This document shows positions 25,145 through 32,953 of a stretch of 46,027 nt of DNA, in pieces (positions within the stretch are counted from its first letter, which is position 1; each line of letters starts with the position of its first letter). The DNA is from Terriglobales bacterium (GTDB lineage: Bacteria; Acidobacteriota; Terriglobia; Terriglobales; Acidobacteriaceae), in the NCBI GenBank assembly GCA_035260505.1, contig DATFVD010000635.1:1-46027 (forward strand), written 5' to 3'. The translations under genes were made by a program, and so were the position numbers. The notes beneath the pieces were generated by a model. That model was not told the origin of the DNA and searched no databases. It saw nothing but the letters and a program-made list of their open reading frames with translations.

Positions 25145-26536
25145 TCACTCCTCCGCAGCCATCACCGCATCCTGTGGCCGGCCGTATTCTTTCAGCTTGT
25201 TATGCAGCGTCTTCAAGCTGATACCGAGTATTTCCGCGGCTCGCGTTTTGTTGTTACTGGTCGCCTGCAATGTTTTCAGGATGAGCAGTTTCTCCGCTTC
25301 CCCGACCGTCGTGCCCACGCCCAGGTGCACGGCATCGGGATCGTTCACCACCGGCCGCACGCTCTGGCCAAAGCCCGGCGGCAAGTGCTTGGTCTCCACC
25401 AGTCCGCTTTCGCAGACGATCACGGCCCGTTCCAGCGTGTTGCGCAACTCGCGCACATTGCCCGGCCACGAGTAACTCTGGAAAATATTGAGCACGGCTT
25501 GGCTCACTTCCGCCACCTTGCGGTTGTGCTTCTGATTCATGTCCTTGAGCAGACTCATTACCAACTCGTGGATATCTTCTTTATGCTCTCGAAGCGTCGG
25601 CATGTGAATATTGAACACGTTGAGCCGGTAATAAAGATCCTGGCGCAGCTCTCCGCTGGCCACGGCATCGTCGGGAACTTTGTTGGTCGCGGCCAGCACG
25701 CGCACGTCCACCGAAGTTTCGACCTTGCTGCCGAGTCGCCGCAGTTTGTGATCTTCCAGCACACGGAGCAGCTTGGCCTGCGTGCCCACCGGCATCTCGC
25801 CAATCTCATCGAGCAGCAGCGTGCCGCCTTCGGCGAGTTCGAAGCAGCCGGTGCGGCGCTCCAACGCGCCCGTGAACGCGCCTTTTTCGTGGCCAAAAAT
25901 TTCGCTTTCGATCAGGGTCTCGGGAATGGCCGCACAGTTTATAGGGAAGAAAGGTTTGTTGCGCCGCGGACTTAGGTCGTGGATGGTGCGCGCCACCAGT
26001 TCCTTGCCGGTCCCGCTCGCCCCGGTGATCAATACCGAGGCGGTGCTCGGAGCCACCAACTCGACCAGCCGGAAAATCTCCTGCATTCCAGGCGACGCTC
26101 CGACCAGAAGGCCGAGCGCTCCTTTGTCGCGCAAGCTGCGTCGCAGCGATTCGTTTTCGGTGCGGGTGTTCAGGATCTCACCGATGTTGGTCAGGATGGA
26201 GCGCAGGCGCCGGAAGTCGATGGGCTTCTCGATGTAGTCCTGGACGCCGAGCCGGCCCGCGTGAAACGCAGTATCGGTCGCCTTCTGGGCCGTCACCATC
26301 ACCACCGCGATCGCCTGTGACAGGTCGGCCAGCCGCTCCACCAGTTCCATGCCACCCATGCGGGGCATCTTCACGTCCGTAATCACGATCGAGGGAGCAA
26401 AGACGGTGATCTTTTCCAGAGCTTCCACGCCATCGGCCGCAGTGTCGGTGCGATAGCCCCATCCCGAGACCAATTCGGCCAGCCCGGTTCGCTCGTTCTC
26501 TTCGTCTTCAACGATCAGCACGCGTTCCTGTGTCAT
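25145..26536 (-). CDS. Sigma-54-dependent response regulator (NtrC family: REC + AAA+ + Fis-type HTH)
   Basis: REC domain VLIVEDEE..ITDVKMPRMGG. AAA+ domain has Walker A GASGTGKE, the GAFTGA motif (EKGAFTGAL) and LLLDEIGE. C-terminal HTH is NKTRAAEILGISLKTLHNKLKEY. The start is either ATG at 26536 (MTQERVLIV) or ATG at 26563. Confidence 0.95.
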   Translation of the reverse strand: MTQERVLIVEDEENERTGLAELVSGWGYRTDTAADGVEALEKITVFAPSIVITDVKMPRMGGMELVERLADLSQAIAVVMVTAQKATDTAFHAGRLGVQDYIEKPIDFRRLRSILTNIGEILNTRTENESLRRSLRDKGALGLLVGASPGMQEIFRLVELVAPSTASVLITGASGTGKELVARTIHDLSPRRNKPFFPINCAAIPETLIESEIFGHEKGAFTGALERRTGCFELAEGGTLLLDEIGEMPVGTQAKLLRVLEDHKLRRLGSKVETSVDVRVLAATNKVPDDAVASGELRQDLYYRLNVFNIHMPTLREHKEDIHELVMSLLKDMNQKHNRKVAEVSQAVLNIFQSYSWPGNVRELRNTLERAVIVCESGLVETKHLPPGFGQSVRPVVNDPDAVHLGVGTTVGEAEKLLILKTLQATSNNKTRAAEILGISLKTLHNKLKEYGRPQDAVMAAEE

Positions 26537-26846
26537 ATTCCTCTGTTTTGGCCCAGACAGCATTATTCAGGGAAGCGGGCCACCTCGCAACCCAGCCAAG
26601 AATACGGGAATATCAAATTGAGATCACTGTGGAGATACCATACTGGAAAGTACTGACTCTGGAGAACCTCACCCTTGAACGATGATGGCCATGCAAACAC
26701 CGGTTGACTAATTCTTCTTCTGCAAAAGTGCCCGGTTGCTGTAGAATTCGGTGTTTCCCATGTGCAGCCTATCTGTGCGTGCCAGCAGTCTTTATCGATT
26801 CCAGTTCTATTGAATAGCTTGCAGTGGATTTGATCGGAGGAAATCA

Positions 26847-28496
26847 ATGTCACGTTGTCACGAAACCTACCGGAGATGCGCGAGTGTCGCGCTCGTCCTG
26901 GCCATCGCTCTGATTGCATTGCCGTCGTTTGCACAAACTGCGCCGAAGGCATCAAGTGCAGGGTCGGATGACGCGGTGCCCAAGGCGGAGTTGTTCGTTG
27001 GCTATCAGTGGTTAAACCCGGGCGGCAACATCCCCGATCAGAGTACCCCGCCGAACGCTTTCAAGTTGCCCTCGATCACACAGGGCTTCGGCACCAACCT
27101 TTCCTACAACTTCACCAAGAATCTGGCCCTCGAAGGGAATTATGGAGGGGATTGGAATAGAAACGTCAGTATCAGCGCCTTCGGTGTTGGTCCAAAGTTC
27201 ACTTGGCGCGGCGAAGGTGTGAACTTTTTCGTACACACGCTGCTTGGATTCCAGCGCCTTTCGTCAAGGGGTATCGATTCCCCGACCGGCATAGCGGCGA
27301 TTCTTGGCGGCGGCATGGATATCAAACTATGGAAGCCGCTTTCGCTGCGACTCTTCGAAGCCGATTACCAGCTGGCGCGCATGAATTTCTCTCACGATGT
27401 TCCGCCCGACAACAGCGCGTTGCGGCGCCAGACTTTCAATGGCGTTCGCCTGACCAGCGGTCTGGTGTTCAACTTTGGCGGAGCTCCCGAGCTTCCGGTA
27501 GCGGCAGCCTGCTCGGTGCAGAATGCCGAAGTCATGGTTGGCGAGCCGGTGCACGCGACCGTCGCCGCCAGCAACTTCAATCCCAAGCACACACTCACCT
27601 ACGCCTGGACTAGCAACGGCGGCAAGGTCGACGGCAAAGATACTGGCGTCACTATCGATACCAACGGCGTCAACGGCGGCAGCTATACCGTAACCGCCAC
27701 GGTCACCGATCCCAGGACAAAGAAGAACAACACCGCGAGTTGCACCGGCAACTTTACCGTGAAGGAACCGCCCAAGAACCCGCCGCAGTTTTCCTGCTCG
27801 GCGAGCCCGTCGACGGTTCAGACTGGTGCCTCATCAACTATCAGCTGCACCTGCACCAGCCCGGATAACGTTCCGGTAACGGTGGGTGGATGGACGGCGA
27901 GCGGCGGAAGCATTTCCGGCAGCGGAAACGCCGCCACGTTGAACACGACTGGCGCCTCGGCCGGACCCATCACGATCAGTGCCACCTGTACCGACTCGCG
28001 CGGCCTGACGGCTTCGACTACGAGCTCGGTAACGGTTGAAAATCCGCCACCGCCGCCACCCCAGGCCAGCAAGTTGAACGAATGTCAGTATCCGAACGAA
28101 AAGAAGCCGTGGCGCGTAGACAACACCTGCAAGGCCGCGCTGGACGATGTTGCACTCAAGTTGCAACAGGATTCAGAGGCCAAGCTGGTGGTCGTCGGGA
28201 ACGCTGATCCGAAGGAAAAGCGTAAGAACCTGGCGGCTGAGCGAGCGCTCAACGTGAAAGCCTACATCTCGGGAGGCGAGGCGAAACAGAATATTGACCC
28301 CAGCCGCATCGAGACTCGCACAGGAAACGCAGGCACGGCGACTTCGGAACATTGGATTGTTCCGGCAGGCGCGACCTTCCCCGGGGCCGATACCACGGCT
28401 CCGGTCGATGAGACGAAGGTAAAGGCGGTTCCGGATCATCCGAAACCCGCGGCGAAACCGGTCGCCAAGAAGAAAGCGGCGAAAAAGGCTGAATAG
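26847..28496 (+). CDS. Outer-membrane protein: N-terminal small beta-barrel + two Ig-like repeats + OmpA-C-like domain + Lys-rich tail
   Basis: GGAGG SD and signal peptide (LVLAIALIALPSFAQTA). The barrel-like part runs ELFVGYQWLN...LTSGLVFNFG. Two Cys-containing repeats follow (..SYTVTATVTDPRTKK..C.., ..PITISATCTDSRGL..). The C-terminal segment is KLVVVGNADPKE..NLAAERALNVKAYI. Confidence 0.75.
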   Translation: MSRCHETYRRCASVALVLAIALIALPSFAQTAPKASSAGSDDAVPKAELFVGYQWLNPGGNIPDQSTPPNAFKLPSITQGFGTNLSYNFTKNLALEGNYGGDWNRNVSISAFGVGPKFTWRGEGVNFFVHTLLGFQRLSSRGIDSPTGIAAILGGGMDIKLWKPLSLRLFEADYQLARMNFSHDVPPDNSALRRQTFNGVRLTSGLVFNFGGAPELPVAAACSVQNAEVMVGEPVHATVAASNFNPKHTLTYAWTSNGGKVDGKDTGVTIDTNGVNGGSYTVTATVTDPRTKKNNTASCTGNFTVKEPPKNPPQFSCSASPSTVQTGASSTISCTCTSPDNVPVTVGGWTASGGSISGSGNAATLNTTGASAGPITISATCTDSRGLTASTTSSVTVENPPPPPPQASKLNECQYPNEKKPWRVDNTCKAALDDVALKLQQDSEAKLVVVGNADPKEKRKNLAAERALNVKAYISGGEAKQNIDPSRIETRTGNAGTATSEHWIVPAGATFPGADTTAPVDETKVKAVPDHPKPAAKPVAKKKAAKKAE

Positions 28497-28523
28497 CTGA
28501 ATAATTGACGCAGGAAAAGCACC

Positions 28524-28564
28524 TAAGGCCGTCAGGGTTCACCCTGCCGGCCTTACTATTTTTT
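28524..28564 (+). terminator. Rho-independent terminator after the OmpA-like gene
   Basis: TAAGGCCG-t-CAGGG-TTCA-CCCTG-c-CGGCCTTA followed by CTATTTTTT. The track TTG start of the next ORF (28563) falls inside the T-tract. Confidence 0.85.
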
Positions 28565-28649
28565 GTCCTTCGGTAACCTTGTCCCAGGCGTGGTAGCTTG
28601 TCTACTGTGTAGCGAGGCGAATATCGTTCGCAGAGGTCAATCTACGCGC

Positions 28650-30659
28650 ATGGATTCCATACTGAAACGGAACGCTCTCCGCACAAGTTTATTGCTTCTC
28701 GCCATCAGTCTTTTGAGCACTGCGCTGCTGGCCTCCGGCCCCTGGCAGGTGTTAGGTCCGGACGGCGGCGATGCGCGCAGTCTGGCTTACGATGCGCACA
28801 ATCCAGATCACATCCTGCTTGGCACCAGTACCGGCCAGATGTTTGCTTCGAACGATGCTGGACGCTCATGGTCGCGCCTGGCGCGCTTGGGCGACGATTA
28901 CGTGCTCGACCATATCGCCATCGATCCGCAGGATTCCAACCGTATTTATGTTTCGGCGTGGAGCGTATCGAGCCAGCAGGTTGGCGAAATTTTCCGTACC
29001 CGCGACGGTGGCCGCAACTGGGACAACTTGCCCGCGATGCACGGAAACTCTGTCCGTGCCCTGGCTATGTACAAGGGTAATTCCAAGGTATTGGTCGCGG
29101 GCGCGCTCAATGGCGTCTTTCGTACCAAAGATGGTGGCGATACCTGGGAGCGTCTGTCGCCCGCGAATTCCGCCGACATTAAGAACGTTGAATCGATCGC
29201 TGTCGATCCCAAGGATCCCAACACCGTCTATGCCGGAACCTGGCACCTCGCCTGGAAAACTTCCGACGGCGGCGCCAACTGGCAGCATATTAATAAGGGC
29301 ATGATCGATGACTCCGACGTGTTCTCAATCATTGTCGATCATGACAATCCCTCGGTCGTTTTCGCTAGCGCCTGCTCCGGAATCTACAAGAGCGAGACTG
29401 CGGGCAATCTGTTTGCCAAGATTCAGGGCATTCCGTTTTCAGCGCGCCGCACCCGCGTGCTCAAGCAGGATCCGACCAACGAAAATATCGTTTACGCCGG
29501 AACCACCGAAGGCCTCTGGAAGTCGACCGACCTGGGCAAGGTGTGGAAGCGTGTGAGCAATCCTGAGGTCGTCGTCAATGACGTGATGATCGATCCCCGG
29601 GATTCCAATCGCGTGTTGCTCGCCACCGACCGCAGCGGTGTGATGGCCTCGACCGATGGCGCCTCGAACTGGACAGCTTCCAACCACGGGTACGCCCATC
29701 GCTATGTTTCCGCGATCCTGGCCGACCACAAAGATGCCAGCACGCTCTACGTTGGCGTCGTCAACGACCGCGAATTCGGCGGCGTGTTCTATTCCCACGA
29801 TGCCGGACAACACTGGCTGCAGAAAGCAGCCGGCCTCGGCGGAAAAGACGTTTTCGCGCTTAAACAGGCTCCCAGCGGAATGCTGGTTGCGGGCACCAAC
29901 CACGGCATGTTTTCTCTCGAACACAATGCCAGCGAGTGGCATCCCATCAACGCTGTGGTCGTTGAGCATACCCTGAAGACTGCGGGCAAGGGCAAGGGTT
30001 CGCGCAAAACGGCCACCAGAACAACCTTTGAGAAGTCGCAACTCGAATCGCGCGTCAACGATCTGGAACTCGGTTCCGTACGCTGGCTGGCGGCAACCAC
30101 CACTGGCATCTACTCGAGCACCGACCAGGGTAAAACCTGGAAGGGCGGACGGATTCTGGGACAACTGGATTTCGTTTCTGTGCGAGCCGAAGGTTCCACG
30201 GAAGTCGCGGCTACGCGTTCGAGCGTGCTGGTCTCGACTGACGGCGGGACGACCTGGAAACAGGCCGGTCTGCCGACGTATGTGGTCAGCATCCGTAGCG
30301 CGGCGATTGCTTCCGATAAGCAGATCGTGATCGCCTCACGCGAAGGCGCGTTCCGCAGCGGAGACGGCGGCGCGACCTGGGACCATGTCGTCAACGGCAT
30401 CCCCAGCAAGGACATCACTTCCGTCAGCTTCGATTCCGCGCACAAGCGCATGCTGGCCACCAGCGACGCGACTGGCGTGATCTTCGAAAGCCGCGACGGC
30501 GGACGTTCCTGGCAACGCGGTCCCGACAGCGGATTCCCGCTGCGCCGGGTCAGCGTAATTGGCGGACGCTTCGTAGGCGCGACTCCATTTGACGGCGTCG
30601 TCCTGCAACCGGAAAACGAATCCATCAGCGCGGCCGCCGAAGCCGGCAGCACCGAGTAA
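28650..30659 (+). CDS. Secreted BNR/Asp-box repeat beta-propeller protein (sortilin/Ycf48/GH74-like tandem propellers)
   Basis: ATG at 28650, MDSILKRN..LLLLAISLLSTALLASG signal. About 11 Asp-box motifs (SxDxGxxW) are present: SNDAGRSW, TRDGGRNW, TKDGGDTW, TSDGGANW, STDLGKVW, STDGASNW, SHDAGQHW, STDQGKTW, STDGGTTW, SGDGGATW, SRDGGRSW. Confidence 0.85.
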   Translation: MDSILKRNALRTSLLLLAISLLSTALLASGPWQVLGPDGGDARSLAYDAHNPDHILLGTSTGQMFASNDAGRSWSRLARLGDDYVLDHIAIDPQDSNRIYVSAWSVSSQQVGEIFRTRDGGRNWDNLPAMHGNSVRALAMYKGNSKVLVAGALNGVFRTKDGGDTWERLSPANSADIKNVESIAVDPKDPNTVYAGTWHLAWKTSDGGANWQHINKGMIDDSDVFSIIVDHDNPSVVFASACSGIYKSETAGNLFAKIQGIPFSARRTRVLKQDPTNENIVYAGTTEGLWKSTDLGKVWKRVSNPEVVVNDVMIDPRDSNRVLLATDRSGVMASTDGASNWTASNHGYAHRYVSAILADHKDASTLYVGVVNDREFGGVFYSHDAGQHWLQKAAGLGGKDVFALKQAPSGMLVAGTNHGMFSLEHNASEWHPINAVVVEHTLKTAGKGKGSRKTATRTTFEKSQLESRVNDLELGSVRWLAATTTGIYSSTDQGKTWKGGRILGQLDFVSVRAEGSTEVAATRSSVLVSTDGGTTWKQAGLPTYVVSIRSAAIASDKQIVIASREGAFRSGDGGATWDHVVNGIPSKDITSVSFDSAHKRMLATSDATGVIFESRDGGRSWQRGPDSGFPLRRVSVIGGRFVGATPFDGVVLQPENESISAAAEAGSTE

Positions 30660-30685
30660 AACTGAATTTCTAAACGAAACACCAG

Positions 30686-30719
30686 CCGGGGAAGCGGAAA
30701 CGCTTCCCCCGGTTTTTTT
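30686..30719 (+). terminator. Rho-independent terminator after the BNR-repeat gene
   Basis: CCGGGGAAGCG-GAAA-CGCTTCCCCCGG followed by TTTTTTT. Confidence 0.9.
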
Positions 30720-30784
30720 GGAGCGGACGCCATGCCGACCTTGCGTTCTTGGCACGGGTGGGAAACAATCTTTTTGGCACCGTT

Positions 30785-31453
30785 ATGCGACTTGCCTGCG
30801 GACTCGCGATTGCGCTTTGGCTAAGTTTCCTGACTGCGGGAATGGCCTCCCGGCGACAGGACCCGGCGGGTTCCACGAATGGCGCGGGACAAGCACCGGC
30901 CCCGCCCGCGCCTCCAGCAGAGACCGCGCCGGCGGAAAAGCCTCCGGCTCAATCAGAGAAGCCACAGACAGAACATGTGCCCGCGGAGCAGGTTCCGGCA
31001 GAAACCACACCAGCTGCGCCTGCTAATCCGCAGACGCCGGATGCGGGGAAGACAGCGCCGGAGAGCGTGGCGAAGGAAAAGACAGATGCCGGTTCGTCGA
31101 GCGGGAACAAAAGACGCCGCAAACACGCTCCGTCAACGCCGAATGGTGCTCCAAACAAGATTGTGGTGCGCGAGGGCGGAGCGAGCGAACCCGCGGCGCA
31201 GATTGCGCCCGGCATGACTCCCGCGGAAGCCTCCCGCCAGCGCCACAATGCGGAACAGTTGCTGAGCGCTACCCAGGACAAACTGAAAGGGCTGGCAGGA
31301 CGCGCCATGGACGCGCGAAAGCAGGAGACGCTGGAACAGATCCGCAACTACATGGAGGGCGCTCGTTCCGCGTTGAAGGAAGGCGATGTGCGCAGAGCAA
31401 ATACGCTGGCCCAGAAGGCACACTTGCTGTCGGATGACTTGGTGAAGCATTAG
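30785..31453 (+). CDS. Hypothetical secreted protein (Pro/Ala/Glu-rich linker, helical C-terminal domain)
   Basis: ATG at 30785 gives a signal peptide MRLACGLAIALWLSFLTAGMA. A low-complexity PAPPAPPAETAPAEKPPAQ region follows. The C-terminus is helical (LEQIRNYMEGARSALKEGDVRRANTLAQKAHLLSDDL). I recognise no family. Confidence 0.55.
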   Translation: MRLACGLAIALWLSFLTAGMASRRQDPAGSTNGAGQAPAPPAPPAETAPAEKPPAQSEKPQTEHVPAEQVPAETTPAAPANPQTPDAGKTAPESVAKEKTDAGSSSGNKRRRKHAPSTPNGAPNKIVVREGGASEPAAQIAPGMTPAEASRQRHNAEQLLSATQDKLKGLAGRAMDARKQETLEQIRNYMEGARSALKEGDVRRANTLAQKAHLLSDDLVKH

Positions 31454-31475
31454 GCGCCGCCGTAAACGCCTCTGA

Positions 31476-31512
31476 TTGCAAAAAGTGGCTTGTGATGCTA
31501 TCATGTATCACA
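31476..31512 (+). promoter_or_regulatory. Sigma-70 promoter (-35 TTGCAA, 17-nt spacer, -10 TATCAT) with overlapping inverted repeat TGTGAT-N10-ATCACA, probable antitoxin operator
   Basis: TTGCAA at 31476-31481 and TATCAT at 31499-31504. The inverted repeat spans 31491-31496 and 31507-31512, and its last base is the A of the antitoxin ATG. The predicted transcription start is therefore at or next to the start codon. Confidence 0.6.
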
Positions 31513-31754
31513 TGACCAAAGCCTCGGTTCGGGACCTTCGCTACGACTTCAAGAAAATTGAACGCCTCTTGCTTCAAGGAGAAGAGATCCAAATTACCAA
31601 GCGTCGGCGTGTGATTGCCCGGCTGGTGCCGGAAAGCGCGGAAGTCGCGAAAAAGATGCCTGATTTCGAAGCGCGGGTGCGCAAGATCTATGGCGACAAG
31701 GTGCTGGCGGTGAGCGGCGCCGACCTAATATCTTGGGATCGGAACCGGTATTGA
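31512..31754 (+). CDS. Type II antitoxin, Phd/YefM (prevent-host-death) family
   Basis: MTKASVRDLRYDFKKIERLLLQGEEIQITKRRRVIARLVPE is the typical Phd/YefM N-terminal fold pattern. It overlaps the downstream PIN gene. The track TTG start (31476) coincides with the -35 hexamer and is rejected. Confidence 0.8.
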   Translation: MTKASVRDLRYDFKKIERLLLQGEEIQITKRRRVIARLVPESAEVAKKMPDFEARVRKIYGDKVLAVSGADLISWDRNRY

Positions 31755-32179
31755 AAATCTACGCCGATTCCAGTTTTCTCGTTTCGCTGTACAGCGCGGA
31801 TACCAACTGGGCCACCGCCACGCGCACGATGCAAGCTTCTACAGGAGAATGCTTTGTTACTACTCTGGGAGAACTCGAAGTAGTCAATGCTTTCGGGTTG
31901 CGAGTCTTTCGAAAAGAGGTTTCGGCCGCGCAAGCCCAAGAGTCGATAACCGACTTTGAGAAAGATTTGCGCGATGGAATTTTTCAACTCCGGCGTTTGG
32001 AGGAGCCGTTCTTTGATCGGGCACGCCGACTGTCTCTACAAACTACAGCCAAGGTAGGCACCCGCACAGCCGACCTGTTGCACGTGGCCGCAGCACTCGA
32101 ACTGGGCGCGGACTATCTCTATAGCTTTGACCTGCAGCAGAGGAAGCTAGCCCAAGCCGTTCGTCTGAGGCTGAACTAG
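31733..32179 (+). CDS. vapC: Type II toxin, PIN-domain ribonuclease VapC
   Basis: The PIN acidic residues are in context: KIYADSSFLV (Asp), LGELEVVNA (Glu), TRTADLLHVAAA (Asp), YSFDLQQ (Asp). The start is TTG at 31733 or TTG at 31751. The latter overlaps the antitoxin stop as TTGA. Confidence 0.85.
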   Translation: MGSEPVLKIYADSSFLVSLYSADTNWATATRTMQASTGECFVTTLGELEVVNAFGLRVFRKEVSAAQAQESITDFEKDLRDGIFQLRRLEEPFFDRARRLSLQTTAKVGTRTADLLHVAAALELGADYLYSFDLQQRKLAQAVRLRLN

Positions 32180-32202
32180 AGCTTCGAGTTCGGGTTTATC
32201 TT

Positions 32203-32850
32203 CTACTTTCTCCCTTCTCGCTTCTGCGCCACCACCAACCCGCGCGGCGTCGGCAAGAACACGGCCGAGATCAGGCCGTCTCGTTCGAGCTTGAGGGCAG
32301 CCTCGCGGACGATCTTCAAATGCGAACTGGCGTCATGCATCAGGATCAGGCCATAGGGGCTGATCTGCGGCAGAAAGCGGCGAATCTCCTGCTCGCGGAG
32401 GGGCATATCGCTGTCGCTGAATAACAGATCGATGGTGCCTTCGACTTTCATCTCGAGGCTTGATTCATTGCGCAGTTCGATCCACTCGGCGAGTCCGGAA
32501 GATTGGATTCGCGCCTTCGCGTTTTCGTATATCTCATGGTCGAACTCGCAGGTGATGATGCGCCCGCGTCCGTTGGCTTTCAGTCCCTCGGCGATCCAGA
32601 GAGTACTGATGCCACTGAAGGTTCCAGTCTCCACCACCAGTTCGGGCTTGATGGTAGTGACGACGGCGCGCAGGAACTCGAGAACCTCGGCTTCGGCGGT
32701 CATGGAATCGAACATGCGCCAGCGTTCCGGATGCGGACACTCGATCGTTGGGCGATGATATTCGGGCTCCAATCGATCGCCGGTGCGCTCGATCTGACGC
32801 AGGATGCGGCGCTCCTGCTTTTCTTTCTTAAAAAGGCGGCGAAGGGACAT
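32203..32850 (-). CDS. Class I SAM-dependent O-methyltransferase (family 3-like)
   Basis: LVVETGTFSGISTLWIAEGL (SAM-binding GxGxG-like motif), RIITCEFD and LLFSDSD motifs. I use ATG at 32850 (MSLRRLFKK). The track start at 32934 reads through the heptad repeat array. Confidence 0.8.
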   Translation of the reverse strand: MSLRRLFKKEKQERRILRQIERTGDRLEPEYHRPTIECPHPERWRMFDSMTAEAEVLEFLRAVVTTIKPELVVETGTFSGISTLWIAEGLKANGRGRIITCEFDHEIYENAKARIQSSGLAEWIELRNESSLEMKVEGTIDLLFSDSDMPLREQEIRRFLPQISPYGLILMHDASSHLKIVREAALKLERDGLISAVFLPTPRGLVVAQKREGRK

Positions 32851-32855
32851 AAGAA

Positions 32856-32951
32856 AGGTCTCAGGTCTCAGGTGCCAGGTCTCAGGAGAAACATAGAAAT
32901 CCGATGCCCGCGAGATTTTCCTGACACCTGACACCTAAGACCTGAGACCTG
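32856..32951. repeat. Inverted arrays of tandem heptanucleotide repeat (AGGTCTC AGGTCTC AGGTGCC AGGTCTC AGG ... CCTGACA CCTGACA CCTAAGA CCTGAGA CCTG)
   Basis: The left arm is 32856-32886 and the right arm 32920-32951, with a 33-nt loop. 28 of 31 arm positions are complementary. The element fills the gap between the glgC stop (32954) and the methyltransferase start (32850). Confidence 0.9.
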
Positions 32952-32953
32952 CT

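Noticed and set aside
23226-25975. Long + strand ORFs 23226..24047, 24261..25118 and 25202..25975
   Set aside because: They are antisense to the histidine kinase and NtrC-type regulator genes. The 24261..25118 ORF even reads through the heptad array (ending ...GLAPDT).
29439-30733. Minus-strand ORFs 29439..30164 and 30110..30733
   Set aside because: They are antisense to the Asp-box propeller gene and have no independent support.
30775-30788. Sigma-54-like site TGGCAC-CGTTA-TGC
   Set aside because: The GG-to-GC spacing is 11 nt instead of the canonical 12, and the TTGC element is incomplete. It also overlaps the most likely ATG (30785) of the downstream gene, leaving no room for a leader.
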